A stretch of 41,287 bases of DNA from an uncultured Clostridia bacterium (GTDB lineage: Bacteria; Aerophobota; Aerophobia; Aerophobales; B3-G15): positions 1 to 41,287 of the forward strand of contig CAYZYX010000012.1 of the NCBI GenBank assembly GCA_964482715.1, given 5' to 3'. A program made the position numbers and the translations under genes. Numbering within the stretch: the first letter of the stretch is position 1; every line of letters begins with the position of its first letter. Of this stretch, positions 29,131-37,907 are shown one piece after another. The notes below the pieces were generated by a model. That model ran no database searches. It saw nothing but the letters and a program-made list of their open reading frames with translations, and had not been told where the DNA came from.

Positions 29131-30454
29131 CTTCCACTCTCCCTGGATTATTTGCCAGTGGAAGGTGCAGGATAAAAGTGGTTCCTTCACCCGGCTTACT
29201 TCTTACCCTTATCTTACCACCATGACTTTCCACTATCTGTTGAACAATGGCAAGACCCAGACCACAACCTTTTGATTTGGTTGTAAAGAAGGGGTGAAAT
29301 ATCCTGGATATGTTTTCAGGAGCGATACCATGACCAGTGTCAGAAATCTCAACAATCACATCCCGATCTATATTACAGGTTATTCCCCTGTGTTTTTTGT
29401 TCTCACTCTGACAGGTTGCCTGAGCCAGACTGTCAGCTTTAACCAGGATGCTCAGTTTTCCCCCTCCAGGCATAGCTTCAACAGCATTGAGCATAAGATT
29501 CAAAAAAGCCTGCCTTAAAAGATCAGGATCACCCACTATTTTGACCGGATGGGAAGAGAATTTTTTCACCATACTCACGGCAATCTTTTCTTTTTGAATT
29601 TTCTGTTGAATCAGAGTTAAAGTTGATTCTATAATCTGATCTATCATTATAAATTGAAAATCAGGTTTCAAAGGATGAGAAAAGCTCAAAAGATTATTTA
29701 CCAGATTGTTCAGGCTGCGAGCTCCTTTTATTATGTGTTCAACCCATTTTTTCTTTTCCCTATCTTCTTTTAAATTATCCCGGAGCAAAAGGGCAAATCC
29801 TTCTATTCCAGAAAGAGGATTTCTTATTTCATGGGCAACACTCGCGGCCATCTCCCCGAGAATTGCCAGCTTTTTCTTACGCTGGATTTCGTCTTTCAAA
29901 TATCTGATTAGAGAAACATCGCGGAACACAACCACTACTCCTTCTGTCTTACCATCATTGTCTTTTACCGGATTTGCGGTGACTTCCAGGAAGATGCGTT
30001 TTTCACTTGAGAAAAAATTTTTTTCTCCTATTATAGCTGTTCTTTTATCCAGACTTTCTTTTAAAAGACTGACAAATTCCTCATTTTCCTTTCCGAAGAT
30101 CGCCTCATAGTGTCTACCTAAAACATCTTCTGCTTTGTAACCTGTGATTCTCTCCGCTGAGTGATTGAAAATGGTTATCTTCCCATCCAGATCCAGGACA
30201 ATAAGGCCATCCATCATACTATCCAGTATATTTTTTAAATAGGTGCGGACTCTGTTTAACTCAGCTACTTTTCTACTCAATGCCTTATTGGCTTCGGAAA
30301 GTTCTGTGTTAAGCTGGGTAATTTTTTGTTGCAGCGCCTTGTAACTTTTGCTTAGAGTTTCCGTAGCCTGAGCAAAGTTTTGAAAAGCGTAAACCAGAAG
30401 ATTCATCTCTTTTTTATCGGGAGATAAATTTTTATTTTGCATCCTTTCTCTCAT
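29099..30454 (-). CDS. Cytoplasmic PAS sensor histidine kinase (FleS/FlrB/FlgS-like)
   Basis: Coiled coil, PAS, AHEIRNPL, NAVEAM, DTGHG, FFTTK, GLGL; no TM. Confidence 0.93.
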   Translation of the reverse strand: MRERMQNKNLSPDKKEMNLLVYAFQNFAQATETLSKSYKALQQKITQLNTELSEANKALSRKVAELNRVRTYLKNILDSMMDGLIVLDLDGKITIFNHSAERITGYKAEDVLGRHYEAIFGKENEEFVSLLKESLDKRTAIIGEKNFFSSEKRIFLEVTANPVKDNDGKTEGVVVVFRDVSLIRYLKDEIQRKKKLAILGEMAASVAHEIRNPLSGIEGFALLLRDNLKEDREKKKWVEHIIKGARSLNNLVNNLLSFSHPLKPDFQFIMIDQIIESTLTLIQQKIQKEKIAVSMVKKFSSHPVKIVGDPDLLRQAFLNLMLNAVEAMPGGGKLSILVKADSLAQATCQSENKKHRGITCNIDRDVIVEISDTGHGIAPENISRIFHPFFTTKSKGCGLGLAIVQQIVESHGGKIRVRSKPGEGTTFILHLPLANNPGRVEDGSREYSYSG

Positions 30455-30460
30455 CCCCTT

Positions 30461-30862
30461 TTATTTTTTTTGATCCAGAAAGCGGGCAGCCGGTTCAGAA
30501 GATCCTTTATAGATTTTTTGCAAAAGACGGGTTTTGTTAATTTTCTGTAGATCCTGCATGGTCTGAAGCATGTTTTCTTTCAAAAGGGCCTGATTTTTTT
30601 TATCTTGATTTAATATCTTCTTCAGAAGTAAAATAATACTTTCCACTATTTTTTGTTCTTCCATATTTAAGGAACGTCCTGCAGCAGGCATTTTCTTCTT
30701 AATTTTTTCTATTTTCTGGATAATTTTGTCTTTTTGCTGGGTGAGTAAGATAAGTTTCTGATAGTTTCCTTCCTGAATGGCTTTTTCCTCATCATGTGTT
30801 AAACTGAATATCTCCCGGTAAAAATCAAGCTGTTTTTGATAACAATCTTTGAGCGCTTCCAT
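30461..30862 (-). CDS. FlgN/FliT-like export chaperone
   Basis: Helical 133-aa protein (QLDFYREI...EEKAI...KDKIIQKI), C-terminal FLDQKK, flagellar context. Confidence 0.62.
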   Translation of the reverse strand: MEALKDCYQKQLDFYREIFSLTHDEEKAIQEGNYQKLILLTQQKDKIIQKIEKIKKKMPAAGRSLNMEEQKIVESIILLLKKILNQDKKNQALLKENMLQTMQDLQKINKTRLLQKIYKGSSEPAARFLDQKK

Positions 30863-30864
30863 TT

Positions 30865-32862
30865 TTAAATCATCACCTGACTTATTTTTGCCCATAAACT
30901 CTGGGGAAACTTCTCTATTAATTCCCGGTAGTAACTTTTTGTTTCCTGATTCAGGTTAAGATGATGGCAGCAATTAGCCATCTGATAAAGACACCAGGCA
31001 AGTTCCCCGCTTTCAGGATACTCTTTATATAGCTCAGAGTAGCAGTCATAGGCTTTTCGGTAATTCTTTGTTTGATAATGGAGGTCAGCAAGTTCGAGCA
31101 GGGTTTCCTCCTTTATGGACGGTACCAGAGAGTTTTTCTCATCAGTTTTCAGAATTTTCTCGTATAGCTTGATGGCAGAATTTAAATCTCCTGATTTCTT
31201 TTTAATTCTGGCCATTTTAAGTAAAATGATTGGCAGTTTTTCTTCTTGCCCGGGTGGCAAAATTTTTACGACTTTTTCATACACCTTATAGGCCGTTTCC
31301 ATATCCTGTGCCTGATAATAGAGATCTCCTATCTTGATGAGTGCCAGAACTTCTTTTTGAGGAAAATCTTTTAATATCGGCAAAAGATACTCTCTGGCTC
31401 GTGATCTATTTTCCATTTTTAAAAGACATAAAATCATTTTGATTTTAATGGATAGTGGGATCTCTTTTTTATTCTGCTCTATGAGGGTAGCCACTTTTTG
31501 AAGAGTCATTATTGCTTCCTCCCAGAGTCCCATCTTTATATAGGTATCTGCCATTTGCTGGAGTGCCCGTTTTTTTTCTTCAGTAGAGGAGGCGCTTTCT
31601 GCTGCCCGGGTAAAGGCTTCCACAGCCTTTAAATAAAAGCCAAGCTCAAAAAGAGCTTTTCCCAGGTTAAGATAGGCTGCTGAAAGGAGTTCAGATAGGG
31701 GGAAATCGTGAATGAATTTTCTAAAAACCTCAACTGCCCGGGAAAATTCACCCACCCTTAAATAAAGACTTCCCAGAGTGAAACATATACTCTCTTCATC
31801 CCCAAGGTAGGGATAGTTCTGAATTAGACTTTCGTAAACTTTAGCAGCTTCCTGGTACTTTTGCTCAGCCATAAAGGTTTCGGCCAGCTTCCTTTTAACC
31901 TGGATCGAGAATTCGGGTTCCTCTTTATAGATCTCTTCAATTTTTTTGAAAATCTCTTGAGCTCTTTTTACTTCCCCTTTTTTTAAAAGAGCATCTCCGG
32001 TAAGAAACATACCCCTGATAAAAAGCAAGCTTCTGGGGTATCTTTCTGAGAGAAAAAGTAGCACGGAAAGAGCCTCCTCTACCTGACCTCTTGCCAGGTA
32101 ACAACGGGAAAGATTGAAAAGAGCTTCTTCTAAAACCTCTGCCTGAGGATATTCCTTAAAGAGCGATGAATAAAATAGAATCGCATCCGAATATCTCTTC
32201 CTGGTAAAATAAATATTGCCCAGTTTCAGGTATGCCTTTTCTGCTGTTACAGTAGCAGGATAATCTTTTATAATCTTCTTGTAAATTGATATTGCTTTTT
32301 CCTCATCCGATTTTTTAAAAAGACAGTCTGCCAGCATAAGGTAAAACTCAGAAACCTTCTCACTTTGAGGAAACTCTCTGATTAATTTCTGGGTAAATTC
32401 TAAACATCTCTCCGCATCTCCAACTTCTTTATAACACTGAGCAAGCTGATAGCTTGCTTCAAAATAAAGGGGGGAAGACCTATTCGAAGCCACCTTTTCG
32501 TAAAAAAAAGTTGCCCGATGCAAAAGACCCGATTCTCTGAAGATACTGGCAAGCTGGAAATTTATCCAGTCCATCTGTGGATTGGAGGGAAACTTCTTTT
32601 GAATTTCAAAGTAGATATCTTTTGCCTTCTGGAGTTTTCCAGATCGATAGAACTGATCCGCCTGGTGAAGATAATCCTGCCATCCTCTTTTTTCAGGGAG
32701 AAGGGAGAGAAGATTTAACCTGAATCCTAAAAGTATTACACCTACAGACAAAACAAGAATAAAAAGGATTCGCCGCAAGGACTTTTCTTTAAACAACCTT
32801 TCCTTACCAGATATCTTATCTTTTAAGATGTTCTTAATCTTGACTGGAAGCTTCATTTTCAT
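30865..32862 (-). CDS. Membrane-anchored multi-TPR protein
   Basis: One N-terminal TM then many 34-37-aa repeats (A..Y..II..YP). Confidence 0.9.
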   Translation of the reverse strand: MKMKLPVKIKNILKDKISGKERLFKEKSLRRILFILVLSVGVILLGFRLNLLSLLPEKRGWQDYLHQADQFYRSGKLQKAKDIYFEIQKKFPSNPQMDWINFQLASIFRESGLLHRATFFYEKVASNRSSPLYFEASYQLAQCYKEVGDAERCLEFTQKLIREFPQSEKVSEFYLMLADCLFKKSDEEKAISIYKKIIKDYPATVTAEKAYLKLGNIYFTRKRYSDAILFYSSLFKEYPQAEVLEEALFNLSRCYLARGQVEEALSVLLFLSERYPRSLLFIRGMFLTGDALLKKGEVKRAQEIFKKIEEIYKEEPEFSIQVKRKLAETFMAEQKYQEAAKVYESLIQNYPYLGDEESICFTLGSLYLRVGEFSRAVEVFRKFIHDFPLSELLSAAYLNLGKALFELGFYLKAVEAFTRAAESASSTEEKKRALQQMADTYIKMGLWEEAIMTLQKVATLIEQNKKEIPLSIKIKMILCLLKMENRSRAREYLLPILKDFPQKEVLALIKIGDLYYQAQDMETAYKVYEKVVKILPPGQEEKLPIILLKMARIKKKSGDLNSAIKLYEKILKTDEKNSLVPSIKEETLLELADLHYQTKNYRKAYDCYSELYKEYPESGELAWCLYQMANCCHHLNLNQETKSYYRELIEKFPQSLWAKISQVMI

Positions 32863-33049
32863 ACTGGCATAGAAGTTCTATTTTGTTTCCACAGGAACAG
32901 AAAATCTCTATTATCCTGATTACCTCTCCCTCTTTCTTTAAATTTATCCTAACTGAATCCTTTTTTCCTTCGGATCTGACCAGAAGTGGCTGACCGGAGA
33001 AGTTGAGATTTTCACTTTTTATAATAAAGCCTCTTTTATCTATTCTCAT
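32834..33049 (-). CDS. Small hypothetical protein with CSCG...C motif
   Basis: Overlaps both neighbours in the operon; IEIFCSCGNKIELLCQYE; start uncertain (33049 or 33085). Confidence 0.65.
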   Translation of the reverse strand: MRIDKRGFIIKSENLNFSGQPLLVRSEGKKDSVRINLKKEGEVIRIIEIFCSCGNKIELLCQYENEASSQD

Positions 33050-33419
33050 GGTTAAAAATCCCGGTCTGCAGAACATGTTTGACAAGGTTTTTTACCTCAC
33101 CAGGATCAAGTGGTTTTGTTAGATGGTAGTCTGCTCCCAGAGCTCTTGTTCTATGCCGTATTGTGGCAGAGGTATCTCCGGTTATCACCACAATGGGAAG
33201 CTCGGGATCTATTTCTTTAACCAGCGGAATTACATCCAGTCCATCCAGCCCTGCCATGTAGATATCCAGAAACAGGATATGAAACTTCTGTTTTAATATT
33301 CTCCTGAGCACCTCGCCTCCACTTTCCACAACCTGAATTTCCAGGTTAGCCTCTTCCAGAGTCTCTCTTAAAAGTTGCCTTATGAACCTGTCATCATCAG
33401 CAACTAAAACTTTAAACAT
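33036..33419 (-). CDS. Single-domain response regulator
   Basis: VADDD, FLDIYM, VITG, LTKP. Confidence 0.92.
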   Translation of the reverse strand: MFKVLVADDDRFIRQLLRETLEEANLEIQVVESGGEVLRRILKQKFHILFLDIYMAGLDGLDVIPLVKEIDPELPIVVITGDTSATIRHRTRALGADYHLTKPLDPGEVKNLVKHVLQTGIFNHENR

Positions 33420-33446
33420 TTTCTAAAACTCCTTGTGGATATAAAA

Positions 33447-33463
33447 GGCAAAAAAAATGCCAA
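33447..33463 (-). promoter_or_regulatory. Sigma54-type -24/-12 promoter of the receiver-TPR-kinase-regulator operon
   Basis: Minus strand TTGGCATTTTTTTTGCC, exact GG-N10-GC spacing. Confidence 0.82.
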
Positions 33464-33551
33464 TAAGAAAAATGTGTTCTCATCATACTCGAAAAATCAC
33501 GATTATTAAGGATTGGAAAAAAGCATCTTCCAGAATGGAAAATCATAGTGA

Positions 33552-33571
33552 GTGTCTTCAAAAGATGACAC
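33552..33571. promoter_or_regulatory. Candidate enhancer (UAS) palindrome
   Basis: GTGTC-N10-GACAC about 100 bp upstream of the -24 element; related CTGTC-N10-AACAG at 33634-33653. Confidence 0.5.
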
Positions 33572-33654
33572 AGATAAATAAAATAAAATCTGGCTTTTTT
33601 TAATTTTTTTAGGCAAAAAAGGCAAGAAGCAATCTGTCAACAGGAAAAAACAGG

Positions 33655-35061
33655 TTAAAAAACAAAAGATGCTTTTTTCCTGTAAAAGGCAAGATCGATT
33701 TGATACTTATTGATTTTTTTATAAAGGTAGGCACGGGTTACTCCTGCCCGTTTTGCGGCTTGAGAGATGTTACCCCGAGATAGTAAAAGAAGCTCCTTTA
33801 TATATTTTTCCTCCCAGCAACTTAAGAACTTTTCTCTGGCTTTCTCAAAGGGAAGAGGAGATTTCCTATTTTTACTCATAGCAGGTAAAACATCTTTCAC
33901 CTCTTCCAGGGTGATGAACGGTTTACTGCAGGTAACCACCATTCTTAAAACAGTGGTCTCCAGCTCACGAATATTACCCGGCCAGGGATAGTTCAGAAGA
34001 ATCTCATAAATCTCGGAAGAAAGTCCCTCTATTTCTTTCTTGAGGCAAGTACTGTATTTTTTAACAAAATGGTCAATAAAAAGAGGTATATCCTCTTTTC
34101 GTTCTCTTAAGGGAGGCAGATAAATAGTGAAGGTGTTGATTCGAAAGTAAAGGTCAGAACGAAATCTCTTTCTCTGGATTTCTTCCCTCAAATCTTTATT
34201 GGTAGCTGCTATAATTCGGACATCACATTTTACAGGAGCTGTTCCTCCAACGGGGATAAATTCCTTATTTTCAATTATTCGCAAAAGTTTTGCCTGAGTA
34301 TTTGTGCTTGTCTCTGTTATTTCATCCAGGAGAATGGTTCCTCCGTCAATTGCAGCAAACAATCCCTTCTTTTTGGTATCTGCCCCCGTAAAAGCTCCTC
34401 TCTCATAACCAAAAAGTTCGCTTTCCATTATGGATTCAGTTAGGGCAGCACAGTTTAGCTTCAGGAAATCTTTCTTCCTTCTCCTACTCAATGAGTGGAT
34501 AAGTGAGGCTACCATTTCTTTCCCGGTTCCGCTTTCCCCCTGAATAAGAACAGTAAAATCTGTAGGTGCCACTTTCTGCGCCAGGGTAATAGCCTGCCTG
34601 ATCCGGTAGTTCTTCCCCACTATAAACCCCGGTAGAGAAGAAGAAAAATCAAGGTCATCTTTTTTCATGGATACTCCAGAGAGGTTCTGCATTTTTTCTT
34701 TTAGAGCCCGGCGAATAACGATCTTCAATTCATCCATGGTAAAAGGTTTTTTTAGATAATCGTAAGCACCGATTTTTACAAGCTGCAATGATTTTTTTAT
34801 ACAATCAGGCTCCGGAGAAGAGAGGATGATAACAGGAACAGCAGGATAGGCTTTTTTTATTTCTTTAAACACATATTCTTTTAACTTCGAGTTATCAAGA
34901 TTAAAGAGGATGAGAGAAGGAAGGTTTCGCCCTTTTCTGGTTAAAAATTCAGGTAAAGATTTAAACTGACTGATGTCAAATCCTTCCTCTTTCAAGGAAG
35001 AATATAGCTGTAAAAAACCCTGGTCTGAGGAACCTGTCACCACAATTTTGAGTCTTTTCAT
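33655..35061 (-). CDS. Sigma54 activator with degenerate receiver domain (FleQ/FlrA-like master regulator candidate)
   Basis: GESGTGKE, GAFTGA, LLDEI, WPGNIREL, HTH; N-terminal REC fold has VVTGSS and LILFN instead of the acidic pocket and phospho-Asp. Confidence 0.88.
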   Translation of the reverse strand: MKRLKIVVTGSSDQGFLQLYSSLKEEGFDISQFKSLPEFLTRKGRNLPSLILFNLDNSKLKEYVFKEIKKAYPAVPVIILSSPEPDCIKKSLQLVKIGAYDYLKKPFTMDELKIVIRRALKEKMQNLSGVSMKKDDLDFSSSLPGFIVGKNYRIRQAITLAQKVAPTDFTVLIQGESGTGKEMVASLIHSLSRRRKKDFLKLNCAALTESIMESELFGYERGAFTGADTKKKGLFAAIDGGTILLDEITETSTNTQAKLLRIIENKEFIPVGGTAPVKCDVRIIAATNKDLREEIQRKRFRSDLYFRINTFTIYLPPLRERKEDIPLFIDHFVKKYSTCLKKEIEGLSSEIYEILLNYPWPGNIRELETTVLRMVVTCSKPFITLEEVKDVLPAMSKNRKSPLPFEKAREKFLSCWEEKYIKELLLLSRGNISQAAKRAGVTRAYLYKKINKYQIDLAFYRKKASFVF

Positions 35062-35133
35062 TTTATCTCCTCATATATTAGAAAAGACCCTCTTTTTCCT
35101 GCAGGTTCCTCTAAGAAAGAACGATTTTACCTG

Positions 35134-35221
35134 CAGGAGTTTCGGCAGACCAGCTACCCTTTAAAAGGGTCTTAGTCTTTGCGCCCCATCCTTCCGGATG
35201 GTTTGCCCTTTCGTCCTCCTG
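35134..35221 (-). ncRNA. c-di-GMP-I (GEMM-I) riboswitch
   Basis: Minus strand AGGGCAAACCATCC-GGAA-GGATGGGGCGCAAAGACTA...GGTAGCTGGTCTGCCG matches the Vc2 pattern; CAGGAG/CTCCTG closing stem; in the 5' UTR of the activator. Confidence 0.92.
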
Positions 35222-35227
35222 AATTTA

Positions 35228-35255
35228 TTTTTAGCAAAAATTTTTTTTCTGTCAA
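35228..35255 (-). promoter_or_regulatory. Sigma70-type promoter upstream of the riboswitch
   Basis: TTGACA-N16-TAAAAA with TGn extended -10, ending 7 nt before the aptamer. Confidence 0.6.
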
Positions 35256-35471
35256 ATTTTGATTTCTCCAATTTTGGGAAAAACACCTGTTAGACAGCCC
35301 GGGTGCGTATACCTTGCTTTAGAGGAAAGGTGATTCCCTTCCCTTCATGTGCTCAGGAAATACACCTTTCCTTTTGGTGTTATAAGTTTTATCTTTGTTA
35401 TAAGACTTTTTCCCGAATCTGGAAAAGCTTTACCTTGTCAAGAATTGAATTTTTTTCTACAATTAAAGGTA

Positions 35472-36338
35472 ATGAAACTAAAGAGGGAAACCAGAAAGCT
35501 GCTGGTAATATGCATAAAAGCAGGATTGGGTTTTTTAATTATAATCATGCTCTCCCCTCCTGTTAACATTATTTCCTTTAAAACGCCTGAAGAATACCTG
35601 AAGGGTGTTGAGAAACTCTGCTCCTATTACAGCCAGCGTATGGATTTTGAAGACTATTACCTTTCACTGGAAAAAGACCCCTTTCTCTTCAGGCTGGTTT
35701 TATCCCAGCTTAAGGATAAGGAAAGGTTCTACTTTCTACAGATGAGACCTTTTCTGAAAGAAATAGCAAAAGCCTCACAGAAAACGGGCATACCAATCTT
35801 CTCCCTTGCCTCTCATATAAAAAGAGAGTCTCAATTTAACCCCTGGGCAGTTAGTAGTCAGGGAGCCTATGGACTTATGGGTGTTACTGTCTGGGCGTAT
35901 AAAGATGTTCTGCGGCTTAGAGAAAAGAAAAAGTGGGTCGCTGAAGCACTTGAAGAATATGGGGATTTCAGCTGGGAAGAGGTAAAAACTGATCCGGAAC
36001 TTAACATTGTGGTCGGAGCTATATACTATAGATTCTTACTTGATGAGTTCAAGGACACCACTCTTGCCTCTCTTGCCTATAACTGGGGGATAGGCAATGT
36101 AACAATAATGCAGGAAAAATACGGTGATGTAAAAAACATTCTTGCGCGACTGAAGGAGCTTGCTTCTCTTAATAAGGCCTGGATGGAACCTGCCAGATAT
36201 CCAGTTCACATATCCCGTTTTGAGACAGTTTTTCAGAGGGTGGATGAAAAAATAAAGGCAACTTACTTTGCCTTCCAGGAGGTTGCTCAGGAAAGACTTA
36301 TCTCCCTGGAAGAAAATCAAGCAGGCTCATCTTCTTGA
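35472..36338 (+). CDS. Membrane-anchored lytic transglycosylase (SLT domain)
   Basis: KRESQFNPWAVSSQGAYGLM, DPELNIVVG, AYNWG; N-terminal TM; ATG 35472 preferred to GTG 35349. Confidence 0.85.
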   Translation: MKLKRETRKLLVICIKAGLGFLIIIMLSPPVNIISFKTPEEYLKGVEKLCSYYSQRMDFEDYYLSLEKDPFLFRLVLSQLKDKERFYFLQMRPFLKEIAKASQKTGIPIFSLASHIKRESQFNPWAVSSQGAYGLMGVTVWAYKDVLRLREKKKWVAEALEEYGDFSWEEVKTDPELNIVVGAIYYRFLLDEFKDTTLASLAYNWGIGNVTIMQEKYGDVKNILARLKELASLNKAWMEPARYPVHISRFETVFQRVDEKIKATYFAFQEVAQERLISLEENQAGSSS

Positions 36339-37889
36339 TCTCTTTTCCACAATCTCACAAAATATCTTTACTATTTCAGGATCAAATTGGGAACCCGCCT
36401 TTGCTTTAAGTTCTTTTATTACCTTCTGCAGTGGCAAACCTTTGCGATAGGGACGGTCAGATAGCATGGCATCAAAAGCATCGGCCACACTCAGTATTCT
36501 GGCCAGAAGAGGAATTTTTCTTCCTTTAAGTCCATCCGGATACCCTTTCCCATCATACCTTTCGTGGTGGTGACGTATTACAGGGGCTCCTGGCTTTAGA
36601 AATTTTATCTGCTTGACTATTCTTTCTCCAATTAAAGGATGTTGTTTAACCAGTTCATACTCTTCCGGGGAAAGTTGAAACGGTTTATTAAGAATACTGT
36701 CATGTATTCCTATTTTACCTATATCGTGTAGAATTCCGCAAAATTTCAGTATCTCCATTTGCTCCCTTGAGAGTTTAAGGACTCGACCTATCTCAAGAGC
36801 ATATCTTGTTACTGTGTGAGAGTGCCCCGAGGTATACAGATCTTTTGCTTCAATTATTCTGATGAGCGCCTTGATGGTATCCAGAAATGACCTTCGCAGT
36901 TCGTCGTAAAGAAGCTTGTTCTTAATGATTACGGCTGTAAAGCCCCCCACCACCAGAAGAAAATTGAGGTCATCAAGGGTGAAATATGGTTTTCCGAGGG
37001 TATTACAGAGGATTAAGATCCCGAGGATTTCTTCTTCAACTTTTAAAGGGACACCAACCAGATTTCTGGGGGTAATTCCAGTAAATTCCTCACCACTCCG
37101 AAACCGGATATCTTTCTGGTAATCATCCACCATTATGGGGTTTTTTTTGGACACTATCCACCCGGTAACTCCATCGGTAAAGGAAAAATTACATTCTTTA
37201 ATTTTAGAAAGAGAAACATTCAAACTAACCCAGGGTGAAAGTCTTTTCTTTTTCTCATTTATTTTTAAAATAAATCCGTATTCACTTCTGGTTCTATCTA
37301 AGGTTAGCGCTAAAAGATGACGGAGAATTTCTCTGATTTTTCGGTAGGATCTGAAGCTATGCAGGATACCTGAAAAAACTAACTGCTCTTTTTCCTCATA
37401 CCCTTCTTGCCGGGTCAATTTTCTGTAAAGTAAACTGTTATCTATCCTTAAAGCAACCTGTCTTGCTAAAAGAGTAATCAGGCTCTGTGAAGTCTGATCA
37501 AGAGAATCTTTCCTGTAAGGACAAACTGCTATCATTGCTCCTATTTTCCTGTTGTCTGTTAAAAGAGGAACCACGAAAAAACTTCTGTTATGGGAATTCA
37601 AAGATTGATCCACAGCCGGAATATGCATGGGAATTTCCTTTTCTATCACCCAGTCTATTATTCCCTCCTCTATCAGGTCTTTAATCTCCTGCATAGCTTT
37701 TTCTTCTATTGCTTTCACTCTAACAAATTCAAACTGTTTTGTATCTTCATCCAGGATAAGAAGGACCCATCCCGTCCAGTTAATCAGATCTTTAAATAAA
37801 TCTATTAGTTTCTCGCTTAACTCTTCTGGTTCTTCACTGGCTCCCATTATTTCCAGAAGAGATGGTAAAATTGTATTTTTTTCTTCCAT
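36327..37889 (-). CDS. GAF-GAF-HD-GYP phosphodiesterase
   Basis: EAKDLYTSGHS, HDIGK, HHERYDGKGYP, ADAFDAM, RPYR; two GAF-like regions. Confidence 0.93.
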   Translation of the reverse strand: MEEKNTILPSLLEIMGASEEPEELSEKLIDLFKDLINWTGWVLLILDEDTKQFEFVRVKAIEEKAMQEIKDLIEEGIIDWVIEKEIPMHIPAVDQSLNSHNRSFFVVPLLTDNRKIGAMIAVCPYRKDSLDQTSQSLITLLARQVALRIDNSLLYRKLTRQEGYEEKEQLVFSGILHSFRSYRKIREILRHLLALTLDRTRSEYGFILKINEKKKRLSPWVSLNVSLSKIKECNFSFTDGVTGWIVSKKNPIMVDDYQKDIRFRSGEEFTGITPRNLVGVPLKVEEEILGILILCNTLGKPYFTLDDLNFLLVVGGFTAVIIKNKLLYDELRRSFLDTIKALIRIIEAKDLYTSGHSHTVTRYALEIGRVLKLSREQMEILKFCGILHDIGKIGIHDSILNKPFQLSPEEYELVKQHPLIGERIVKQIKFLKPGAPVIRHHHERYDGKGYPDGLKGRKIPLLARILSVADAFDAMLSDRPYRKGLPLQKVIKELKAKAGSQFDPEIVKIFCEIVEKRSRR

Positions 37890-37907
37890 CGAATTTATCC
37901 TTTAGCT

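Noticed and set aside
33036-33419. Calling the single-domain receiver CheY
   Set aside because: No che context and no CheY-specific features that I can verify
33612-33640. TTGACA on the minus strand as a sigma70 promoter
   Set aside because: No -10 element at 16-18 bp; better explained as part of the candidate UAS
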